The notes below the pieces were generated by a model. The model saw only the letters and a list, made by a program, of their open reading frames with translations. It was not told where the DNA came from and made no database searches. A stretch of 64,000 bases of DNA from a virus, in the IMG/VR virus record IMGVR_UViG_3300049033_000018, positions 83,638 through 147,637 of that record, one strand, 5' to 3'. Position numbers and translations under genes: made by a program. Positions 44,189 to 54,831 of this stretch are shown piece by piece (position 1 is the first letter of the stretch; every line of letters starts with the position of its first letter).

Positions 44189-45979
44189 TTTTAAGGGGCT
44201 ATTTAACCCCTTTAATTTGAATGATACCTTTACTCACATTTGCAAAGATTTGCTCTGCAATACCCTTTAAAACGTATTTAGAGATAATCCCAATACTAAT
44301 TGATTCACTCTTTAAAAGATTAGTCTTTGGATTAACGGCTCTATTTCTTGCAACTGTTTTTGCTAACTCTGGATTGTTTTCTTTATCCCATTTAGGATTT
44401 CTGATTGAGTATCCAGCATGAATATTCCAATCTTCATCCACAATGACCGAAACAGATAAGTCTCTCTCAACTCCATTGATTTTCAATGTACGTGTTGTGA
44501 TTGTTTCTTTCCAGATTAAAACTTTCTTAGTTGTAATTCCATTTTTACTGGTTTCAATTTCGTTGTTTTTGTTAATAATTACAACGATTCTATCTTTTGG
44601 TTTTTCTGTAGTTTGCATGCCTTCTGAATTTAAAATTGTTTGATTGTTTTGATTTGTTTGTTCATTTAAAAAATGTTCTCTGTATTGGGCTACAGAAATT
44701 TGTACATAATCTTGTATCTTAGGGGAGTCTAATTGGTAACACCCCCACCTCTTTTTACTACTCATTTGAAAGTAGGCTGTACTAACCATGTTGCCCTGTA
44801 AGTCAGCTTCTAACTCTAAAAGAAGTTTTTGTAAATCATAACCTCCTTTGATATACCAATTTTCAGGTAAAGAAGTACTGTTTACAATTTCACATCCTGC
44901 TTCAACTATTGAATTTAAAGACCAACCATAATAACCACAGGTCATTGCCATGTAAGAATGATTTCTATCTACATCTACATGTTTAATTTCTTTTACAGTT
45001 ATCTCTAAAGGAAAGTCTTGATTAAGGGGGTAATCATCATTTAAAAAACTACCCCATGTGTTTGGTCTTGCCAAAATCTTTATTCTATCTCCTACTTTAA
45101 TTTCAGAGATGTGTGTTACTTTTTTCATAACTTTAGTTTAAAAGATTAAATTCATGTTTTATTTCTACTAAAGTTGACTTTCCTGTTTCAGAAAGTCCTT
45201 CCTGATTCCAGTTATCTTTACTATCATGGAATCCTTGAAGAGCCTGAAAAAATCCTCTGTTATTTACAAAAATTTCAGGAAATTCTAAAGTTTTTTCTTC
45301 GATAGATTTTACTACAACGGTACTTATTGCTGTTACGCTGTGTCTTAAAGGAAAAGTAGTATCAATAAGTTTAGCTGACTCAGGTTCAAATAACCTTCCT
45401 ACAGCACATCCTTCTGTCTGTTCTAGGGTAAACCCAAATGCATCAGGGTGGTAAGCACATTGTTGGTCAGCACATCTATTAGTAGAATTGTAATGATTAG
45501 CTGTATTTTCCAGAATGAGTTTAAGCTTTTCATTCGTAGGCAATGCTGGATTGTCTACAATCTCAGCAAATTGTGGTTTTAATTTTAAAGTTTTCATATT
45601 AAATTACGTTTAAATCAATTGTTTCTGTTTTACCTTTAATGTATCTGAAAATTTCTTTGTGAACCTTCTTAGATACCATAAGAAGATATTTTTCTAAAGC
45701 TGTAAATGCAGTACCTTTTCCAAATGTTTGGTCTTCAAATTTATCACTCCTCCACCCTGAAAGGGAAGCAAATTGTTTGTTTTGAATTTGACGTGCCCTT
45801 TTAGAATATGAATCACCTGCTAGTAACCCATACACACAACGGTTAGGGTCAGTTTCATCAAACTGACTATATTTTAATCTTTTAATTTCTTCTGGAGTGG
45901 CTTTTTCTTTTATATTATATAACTCCTTTTGAACTTTGTTAATAAAGGTTTGCTTTTTCATTGTTTTTAATTTAATAAA

Positions 45980-46624
45980 TTAATAATAAGAATTTAACAC
46001 AATTTTTCTCTTTTTATTATAACGTTGTCTTTCTAACTTGTTAGCACACCCGCAATCAAAGATTTTAATCACACCGTCTTTAAATCCCCAATTTGCTGAA
46101 TGATTATCCCAATTTCTATAGCCCAAACGTTTCAACTCTTTATATACAGAAGACATTTGCTCAAAAAATTGATTTATCATATCAGAATCATAACCTTCAA
46201 TTTCAGGAATATTTTTGGTAGGAATATCACCCTGTCTTAAAATTTTATAATCGTTATTATATCTCATGAATTGTCTCCACAACTCAAATGCTTTCTCGTT
46301 TTCTTTATGAGACTCAATAAATGGTACAACATATTCTGAAACAATAATGTAAACATCATTTTTAATAATGTTCCCACTAGGCATTTCAAGGTTAAGGTCT
46401 ACTAACCTCGTAGAATAAATTTTTACAAAATGTTTAAATCTTCTACCTCTCTTTACTAACTTTTTGGCAGTCAGATAGTCATCTAAATCTGTAGTTAATT
46501 TGTAAACTTTACCCTTATAAAGAAAGGCAGTCCCAAATGCTCCACTGCCTATATGTTGTAAATCATCCTCAGTTTTTAAATACTGCTGAATAATACTTTT
46601 TCTTTTTAAATCTTCATTATTCAT
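45980..46624 (-). CDS. Protein kinase-like (paralog 2)
   Basis: GSGAFG, VYK, DNHSAN, IFDCG. Confidence 0.8.
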   Translation of the reverse strand: MNNEDLKRKSIIQQYLKTEDDLQHIGSGAFGTAFLYKGKVYKLTTDLDDYLTAKKLVKRGRRFKHFVKIYSTRLVDLNLEMPSGNIIKNDVYIIVSEYVVPFIESHKENEKAFELWRQFMRYNNDYKILRQGDIPTKNIPEIEGYDSDMINQFFEQMSSVYKELKRLGYRNWDNHSANWGFKDGVIKIFDCGCANKLERQRYNKKRKIVLNSYY

Positions 46625-46625
46625 A

Positions 46626-47282
46626 CTAAATGCAGGTTATTTCGGTTTGATAACTGTAAACTATTTTTCTTCTCTTATTGTAACTGTACTTACTCTTTTT
46701 AATTGAGAAGCCCATATCAAAGATTTTAATTTTACCATCTACAAAACCTAAATTTTTATTGTGATTATCCCACGTTTTAAGCCCCATAGCTTTATACATT
46801 CTATAAATGTATTGCATCTGACTGATTAAAGTATTAAGTAATTCTGTCTGCCCCTTTCTTTCCCAACTTTCTTTGATATTGTCTGAAACTCTAACAGGTA
46901 GACCACATTCAATACACCTAGATGATGAATTAATATCTGTCAAGTCTTCCCAGATTTCATTTACTATTTTATCACCGTGTGACATTTGCTCTATCTTCTC
47001 ACTAACAATTAGATACAAATTCTCAGTGTAGTCATCATGGTGAACCTCAATAGGGGCTGTTTTAAACACTTTAACAAAGTTAGGGAACTTGTGCCCTACC
47101 TTAATCATTTTGTTAGCCATAATGAAGTCATCTGGGTCATCTGTAACCTTATGAACTTTACCTTTGTATAAAAATGCATCTGCAAAATTACCACTTCCTA
47201 AATATTCTAATTCATCAGAATGGCACCCCAAAGAATGGGCTAGGATGTATTTTCTGTTTTCTTTTCTTGAACCGTAATACAT
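46626..47282 (-). CDS. Protein kinase-like (paralog 1)
   Basis: GSGNFA, VHK, DNHNKN, IFDMG. Confidence 0.8.
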   Translation of the reverse strand: MYYGSRKENRKYILAHSLGCHSDELEYLGSGNFADAFLYKGKVHKVTDDPDDFIMANKMIKVGHKFPNFVKVFKTAPIEVHHDDYTENLYLIVSEKIEQMSHGDKIVNEIWEDLTDINSSSRCIECGLPVRVSDNIKESWERKGQTELLNTLISQMQYIYRMYKAMGLKTWDNHNKNLGFVDGKIKIFDMGFSIKKSKYSYNKRRKIVYSYQTEITCI

Positions 47283-47303
47283 GATATTTGGATTTTGTTT
47301 TGA

Positions 47304-47768
47304 TTAGTTATATATAATATAGTTTTTTTCATTTAAAGTTTTAAACTCCTCTTTTAAATGCTCTTTTGCAATTTGTTTAGCATGTTTGTTTAACAATTTG
47401 TCAACTGTTAATGTATTTCTTTTCACATTCTCATCTACAAATATAGCCTGAGTTCTACCATGTACAACTTTTGGGGCTTTAATTTCCACAAGGCAAAACC
47501 CACAATTAACAAGGTAGGCTAAAAGCTCAGTATCTAAAATGTAAAGCAGATTTGAGATAGAGGAAAAGGCACATTTATAATCTTGAATGTTTCTACCTTC
47601 AACCTTTTCAGGAAATTCATCTGTTAATACTCTAACATTCAAAAAGTTTTGTCTAATCAAATGTGCCTTTTTGCCATTTCTTGTCCATTTGTGATAATAT
47701 TGAGACCAAAAAATCCCTCTGTTATCTTTTGGATGTTCAACTCTATAAATGATATTTGTTTGTGACAT
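47304..47768 (-). CDS. Hypothetical early protein, possible ADP-ribosyltransferase fold
   Basis: IYRVE...CAFSS...GF.L....G.TQAIF pattern. Confidence 0.3.
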   Translation of the reverse strand: MSQTNIIYRVEHPKDNRGIFWSQYYHKWTRNGKKAHLIRQNFLNVRVLTDEFPEKVEGRNIQDYKCAFSSISNLLYILDTELLAYLVNCGFCLVEIKAPKVVHGRTQAIFVDENVKRNTLTVDKLLNKHAKQIAKEHLKEEFKTLNEKNYIIYN

Positions 47769-50700
47769 GGTGATAAATTTTAATAGATTATTGCGAACTC
47801 ATCATCTTCAACCATTTCCATATATTCCAGCTCCATATCTTCGTGAGCAATTTGTCCTGCAAAGGCAATTTCTTCTGCCTCAATTTCTGTATTGTTATTT
47901 TCTAATGACATAATTATTATTTTAAAATTGGTGTATCTAAAATGTTTATATATTCAAAGTTATGATTTTGACCTTCAAACTCATAAGTAACATTTAAATA
48001 CTTTGTTAAACTCTCTCTAACTTCTTTCTGAGACAGGACTTCTAAAATTTTTAAAACTCCTCTCATTTGTGCTGGGGGACAAACTTTTATAATTTTATCT
48101 ATCACCTCAGTGCCTAGTTTTGTTATTACATAACTCTTTAAATCTTTAAGAGAATTAAATTCAATCCCGTCAAAGATATATTTTTCTACTATTTTAATTG
48201 TAGCCATGTTATTTTAATTTAAGGTTCTCTTTTAATATATTGGTTAATAGAAGTGGCTTCCTCATAAGTCATTTGATTGACTGTTAAAAACTCCTCATCA
48301 TCTGCCTGTTCAAAATCACTGAGCATTACATTCACATTATCTTCATTTTCTTCTGCCCATGCTCTAATTATTGCATTTGGAAAACTCTCGGCATGCATTA
48401 AGAATCCCAAAAATGCTACCATTGCCTCAGTATCGTCTTGATTATGTAAGGGGCTCGGTCTGTAATCATCCCCGTACTCAATTAGTTTGCCTTCAATCTC
48501 GATTTTGTAACCTACTTTCTCACCTCCTAAATAGTACAGTGATACTTTTAATTTCTCATATTCAAATGAAATTAATAATTCATTATCAATAAGTCTATCT
48601 GTTAATAAATCTAATGTTTCCATGATTTTAAGAGTGTTTGTTTTGTGTGTAAAATTCCCAAATTAATTGTTTATAGGTTTTATCCTCAGGAATTTTTGTT
48701 AGTTCTTTTAACCTACTCAAATAGATTGAATTAAAATTTTTATAGTTTATATTTTTTTCTACTTTCAGGATGATGTTATCAATTGCCTGTTTTAGAGTAA
48801 TTGAAGAGTTCCCCCTCCATTCGTGCTCAATACATGATAAAAGATAATCATATTCCTGAGCCAATGAAAAAACCTTATAATCAAAGGCTAATTCTAACTT
48901 TATAATTTTGGTATAATTTGCCATGTTATTTTAATTAGATGCAACGTATAAACTAGTCCCGTCAGAGAATCCCCCAACACGTTCGTAAGAGTCACTCAAA
49001 GAGGCTAAAATTTCGTCTATTTTAACCTTTTCAGCCTCGACTACTCTTTTGATAAAAGACTTTATTTTTGGTAGTTGTATGACCTTCATTCCCTCATTTA
49101 AATCTGAGTCTTCCAAATCATTTATATCCATATTGTCAACATCTTCATAATCAAATACCCCGTACATACTTTGAGTATCAATTTCAATAAGATAATCTAA
49201 ATTTGCACCCTCATAATACCCTGAGGTACAAATGATTGTAAATCTAGCATGTATGTTTGTACCTGCAAACAAATAACTTTTTGTAAACTCTACAATTCCA
49301 GAGGCAGGATAATTTCTATCGTTATCTTTCCAATCACTTTGATAAGTACCGTAAGCCTCTGTAAATCTTTCATTTACATTTGTTTTTAAGTCATCGAAAC
49401 TCCATGTGTCGCCCTCCTCTAAATCAGTTAACACTGTATAATATTTGCTAGCATTATTTAGTAATGCAAAATTTGATGTTCCCATTTTGTTTTAATTTTG
49501 AGCCGTTCCCCCACTCGCTGAGGGAGTTGCAGTCCTTTAGACCTCTTAACGGCTTATATTTTAACCTATTATCATAGTGGAAACGACTTCCATTTTGACA
49601 GGCTCTCTGTTTTCTTTGTTTAATTTTTCAGTGTCTACTTTCATATCACTGTAAACATTCTCTAAACTTTCGTTTTCTTTTAACTTATTAAATAAAGGCA
49701 AATAAACTTCCTCTGCTACCTCCTTTGGAACATTTGTAAATCCTGTAGTCGCAATAAGGCTAACACGAATCATCTTCATAAATAAAGCTCTGATATACTC
49801 CTTTTCATCATTTGAAAACATATTGTAATGTTTGCCAATGAATTTAAAAGAGGAATTCAATTCTTTATCTCCATTTGCATGGCTTGCCCATGTTTTAACA
49901 TGATTTTTTTCATCAAAGTATCGTAACATTAAAGGGTAATAAGTACTTTTTTTCGGCTTGTTTAAAGCCCCATTTTTGGGGTTAATTGTTTGTGTTACGT
50001 GCCTGAATCCTTTTGACATACTAAAATCTACAGTATCAAATAGAGTAGTACGCAATTTGAACCCATACGGGTAATTTTCAACCTCTACTTTTTGCCCGTT
50101 GGCAATAAAAACTATTTCTTTATTTTCCATGATAATTATATTAAAAAAGTTCAATATCTAAATTCATTATTTGTTCATAACAAGATAAGAACAAAAGAGA
50201 ATCCAATAATATACAAATAAGGGCTAATTTGCCATATTTCTTCTCACTGCCTTTAAATAACAGTGTTAAAATTAGTGTTATCATAATAGTAATTTTAAGG
50301 CTGAGATATTAAATAATAAGATGTTACCCCGAAAACAGTATTTTCTTTTCTACAAACGGCTCTTAATATTGTACCTCTGTTAATTTCACCAACTAAAAAC
50401 CAATAATATTCTGCCGTTATTTGGTTCCCTCTACTACATGGGAATGTATCTATTTTTTTATTTTGTGGGTAGTTAAAATTGGATTTAATCATACTGAAAT
50501 AAATTTGAAGAAAGATAAAAGAGTTATAATAACTCCCTTACCTTTTGATTAATATATGTTCTTTTCTGCCATTCTGTACCCGTTTTTTGTCTCTCAGGTA
50601 GTGCAATTTCTGTCATATCATTTAGATTGAATATTGCTTTTTGGTCTCTTAACATTCCCGAACGTAAAGCTAATTCTTTGTCCAAAACATGCTCTGAAAT

Positions 50701-51372
50701 ATCCAAATAATAGTTATTATCTGTAGTATTAAACCATACGCCCACAAATGCATTGGATACACTTTGTAATACATCTGCATTTTGATTAACATACTGAGCC
50801 AATTTTGCCTCTGTAAATTCGTGAATATTTAAAACTACCTCTCTACCTGAAAAGGCTACCATAAACCCATTATTTGGGTTAATTTCGTACTGATTAAAGC
50901 TAACGCCTCCGTTTTGTTGTGCTAATTGAAAAGCCTCAATAATTGTATTTTGTAACATAATAATTTATTTTAAAATTTATAACCCTCTTTTGTCGTATTC
51001 TTTCTCTATTAAAGAAATTTCTTTCTTTGTAGTATTAAGAATCTTTTTTGTATTCTCACTACTTACATGTAAATATGTTCTCTCAATTAAATTTTTAATC
51101 TCATGCATTAAACAATTTAATTCTGATAACTCATTATTAGATAAATTTTTCATAATAATATACTATAAAAGTGAATATTCGTATTGAAATTGGCTAACTG
51201 TTTTAATTACCCTTTTCTTTTTTGTTGGGTAAATATTAAACGGTTTAATTCCTGCATTCTCTAAAATCTGCATTGCATGTTCTTTGCTATTTGCAGTTAA
51301 AAAATGGTCTTGACCTCCATAAATAAGAGTATAAACAAATTTGATTGATTGTTTCATAATATTTATTTTTTG

Positions 51373-51506
51373 TGGGTGTGAGGCAACCGAATGCCTCTAT
51401 TCTGTATCATTACTTTGTCTGTACTTCGTTGGGTAAGACCGTCTGCCAATAGGGACGGCACTTCACTTAATTTCATGTGTGAGAAATAACTCCTATGAGT
51501 ACACCC
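51373..51506 (-). ncRNA. tRNA-like closed RNA with large insert in early leader
   Basis: GGGTGT/ACACCC-A closing stem; GAGGC-ATTCGGTT-GCCTC T-arm-like hairpin; internal hairpins ACTC/GAGT and CCGTC/GACGG. Confidence 0.5.
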
Positions 51507-52080
51507 GTTTTTACATTTGCTTTATACACGTTGCAACCGTGTTGTTAAAATCATATTTTGCATATAAAACTGTGCCCCTTACTGCCATTTATTGGGCTAC
51601 ACCTTTCAATAGTTAATAATTTTGGAACGTTACCCCTCAGAATTTGCCATAATTCCTACCTCTCACATTCTAACTATTTATTTTTATATCATATAAATTA
51701 ATCATCTCGACTTTAATTTACATACTATTTAACTCGTTGAATTCAAAGACCCCGAACCCCTAAAGGTTGGGAATTAATCTACTATTTAATTTGTTCAATT
51801 CTTTACTTCGCTGAGAATCCATTTTTCTTTTCATTCTTTGTATTGCAAACTATCCACAATACCCCATTCACTCAGAGTTTCAAACATGAACGATTTTATT
51901 AATCCCAATACTTTAAACTTAAACCCTGAGGCGTTAAAGTTAATCTATTTAATAAAATCTTAAATTTCAAAGAATTCTGCTCTCGACTTTCGTCTATGTT
52001 TCTAGGGTTTTTATTAGGCTTTTAACTTTTATAAAGTGCTTTTGTGCCCTGCCTTTTTAGTTCCCGTTGTGTTTCTGTTT

Positions 52081-52280
52081 AGCAAAGATACAACTTAATT
52101 TTAAACTACCAAATCTTTTTTAAAATATTTTTGAAAAATATTTAAAAGTGTTTGTTTATGAAAAACTGAATTACTGTAAAGCCTTATTAATAGGCTATTT
52201 AGTAGTTATTTAATGTTAAAGTTCGTTTGCTCTGTCCCTTTCGACATTGCAAAGATTAGAAAAATATTAATACAAAACAA
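52081..52280 (-). promoter_or_regulatory. Two tandem early promoters
   Basis: TATCTTTG at 52083-52090 and AATCTTTG at 52250-52257, each with upstream TTTG. Confidence 0.6.
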
Positions 52281-53829
52281 ATCCTTTATTAATGGGCTTT
52301 TACAGGGTTTTGTCTCTGTTAACCCCCATGAATAGGGCAATGTGTTTTTTGAAAAAAGAATAAAAAAATTTACATTTATTTTGTAAAGTGCTGATTATCA
52401 AGTAGAAAAATTTCATTTATTTTTTTAGCTATTATGTATTATTACTGAGAATGTTATAAAATGGCTCTTATCATACTGAAATAAAAAAGTAAATATATAT
52501 ACATATAATAGTATAATAATAAAATAATGTAAGACTTACAGAAAGCTATCAAAAATCAATTATCTTTTTAAAGTAATATAAATACCTTACTAAATGTTTA
52601 AAAGGTCTTAAATGAGCTTATTTATAGCTTAAAGCCAAAAAAAGCCTTACAAGTTAATGTAAAGCTTTATAATTATTTCAGTATTGAGATTGATTAAAAT
52701 TTAATTGTACCCTTTTTATAATTGTTAAATATTGCAGTTGCTTTTATTTCGTCTGAGTCTTGCCCAATTGAAATATATTTATTGTTTTCATTTAGTACTC
52801 TAGCAACCCATTTATTAGATTTGTTGCTATAAAATACACCCTCTTTATTTGGTAACGAATTATATTTTTTAAAACTATTACCATAATTTAAGCCAGCCAT
52901 TTAATTAATAGGATTTGTAAAGAGTTGGTAAAGGAAATAACAAGCCCAAATAAAAGCCATGAATAAGACTTTAAATAATAGTAATTTCCCAAAGAAATTT
53001 GTAACAGTGTTTTGATTGTTTGATTTCATAATGATTGAATTTTGATTGTTAATGATTAATTGAAAATACTAATTTGAAACATAAAAGGATTAAAACAGCC
53101 GTCTATATATTTAACTTTATAATTCTGACCTTTGTAATTTGTTGTACAAAAATCTAAATCTTTTTTATTAAAATCAATTGTTTCAATGTATCCAAACTTT
53201 TTATTTAAACTAACATTATTTATATCAATGTTGTTTTCATTGCACATTTTGACCATTATTTTTTGAATGGTATTATTATTTAAAACTCTTGTTTGTGTAC
53301 TCATAATAGTATGTATTTGTAATTATTAAAAAATGCTAAACTAATACTGAAATAAATATTGTGTTAATTAAGAGACTTTATTAAATCCTGATACATAATA
53401 GTATTAATAAACCTCTGAGGGATAAAGCAAATTAATTGTTTCATTAAATCCCGTTTAGTTGCATGATAATTTGCAAGTCTTAATTTAACTATATTATCCC
53501 ACTTATCTAAATCGCCCCCTCTATCTCTATAGGCTATTTTTTGAAGTCCTAAATTTCTAATTTGACAATAATCAGCCACTACACCCCATAGTATAGAATC
53601 AATCCCCAACATATTAGAACATTTGTTTATTGAGTCCTGAGTGTTTAAGTCGTGATATAATTCGACAATTGTCATTTCTTTAGGCTGCAAAATAGTAGTT
53701 TTACTATGTTCACACTTTAAAGCCTCCAAATTAGGATTATCAAACATAAACCCCATTACAGCAAGGTTTAATAAATAAGGTGTGTTAAATGTGTTAACCG
53801 TTCCGTTGTGTATTAATGTGTACATGATA

Positions 53830-54830
53830 GTAAGTATTTAATTATAAAAGCAAAGTTAATATATTAGAATGATATACACAAATATAAAAGCATATATTTT
53901 ATATTATTTAGTGATTAGTTTGTTAATCTGCCATTTGGATTAGATAACTATCTGTAAATCAGTGAGTTAATATATAAAATAAGTCAATCAAGTCGTTACG
54001 AGACAAATTCTTTAACTTTCAGTAAATATTGAAAGTTTAGGAAGTTCAATAAGCTGTTACCCCTCTATAGTAGATATACCCCACTTTTAACACACATAAT
54101 CCACAAAAATAAAAGAAATTACGAATTTGATAACGAAAGGCTTTATTTATTGGTAGACTTTGGATAAAACCCCGTGATATTTCGGCACTTGATTGTGAAT
54201 AGTTTAACAAAAAAGTCAATTGATTATATTATTTATAATGAGTTTATCACAAAAACAGTGATTAAACCTAGTAAAAAGGCTCAACCCTTTGCAATTAAAT
54301 TGTCTTTTGTGTATGGTGTGTATGTCTATTGTGTGTTACCATTTATTTTATTTCAGCATGATTAAACCTATTTTCTCATAAGTTAAGCCCAATTAAAAAG
54401 CCTCACAATATACTGAAACAATTATCAGCAAAAACAATTTGCAATTAAATTATATTTTACAGTCTTAATAAATACACATTCCAAATGAGTAAATCTCAAA
54501 ATATAAAAATGAGACTTTCAAAATATCAGTATATCAGCACACCCAGACAGCACACACCCCAGACCAAAATAAAAACCTCAAAAACTAAAAACTCCAAAAA
54601 TCTTAAAAGCCCCTGAGCCCTGAAAATCCCTGAAAAAAAGACCACCCCCACCCCTGAGGGGTACCCCAAAAAATCCGATTGACGGGGGGAGGTGTTGTCT
54701 ATATACCCCTACTAACCACACATACAATGCAGTTTCATGAATTCTAACTACAGATGAAATGCAGTTTTCAAAATTGGGGTAGGGGGTATAACAAAAAAGC
54801 CTAGAGGAATACTCTAAGCTTGTATATATT
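53830..54830. other. Non-coding region, possible genome terminus/packaging region
   Basis: About 1 kb without credible ORF; A/C-rich iterons and C/G tracts at 54540-54790; IHF-like WATCARN4TTR sites; precedes the early genes. Confidence 0.4.
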
Positions 54831-54831
54831 G

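Larger units (their letters stand above)
40432..51357 (-). other. Cluster of about 25 small hypothetical early (host-takeover) genes
   Basis: Dense short minus-strand ORFs downstream of promoters at 52083 and 52250. Confidence 0.65.
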
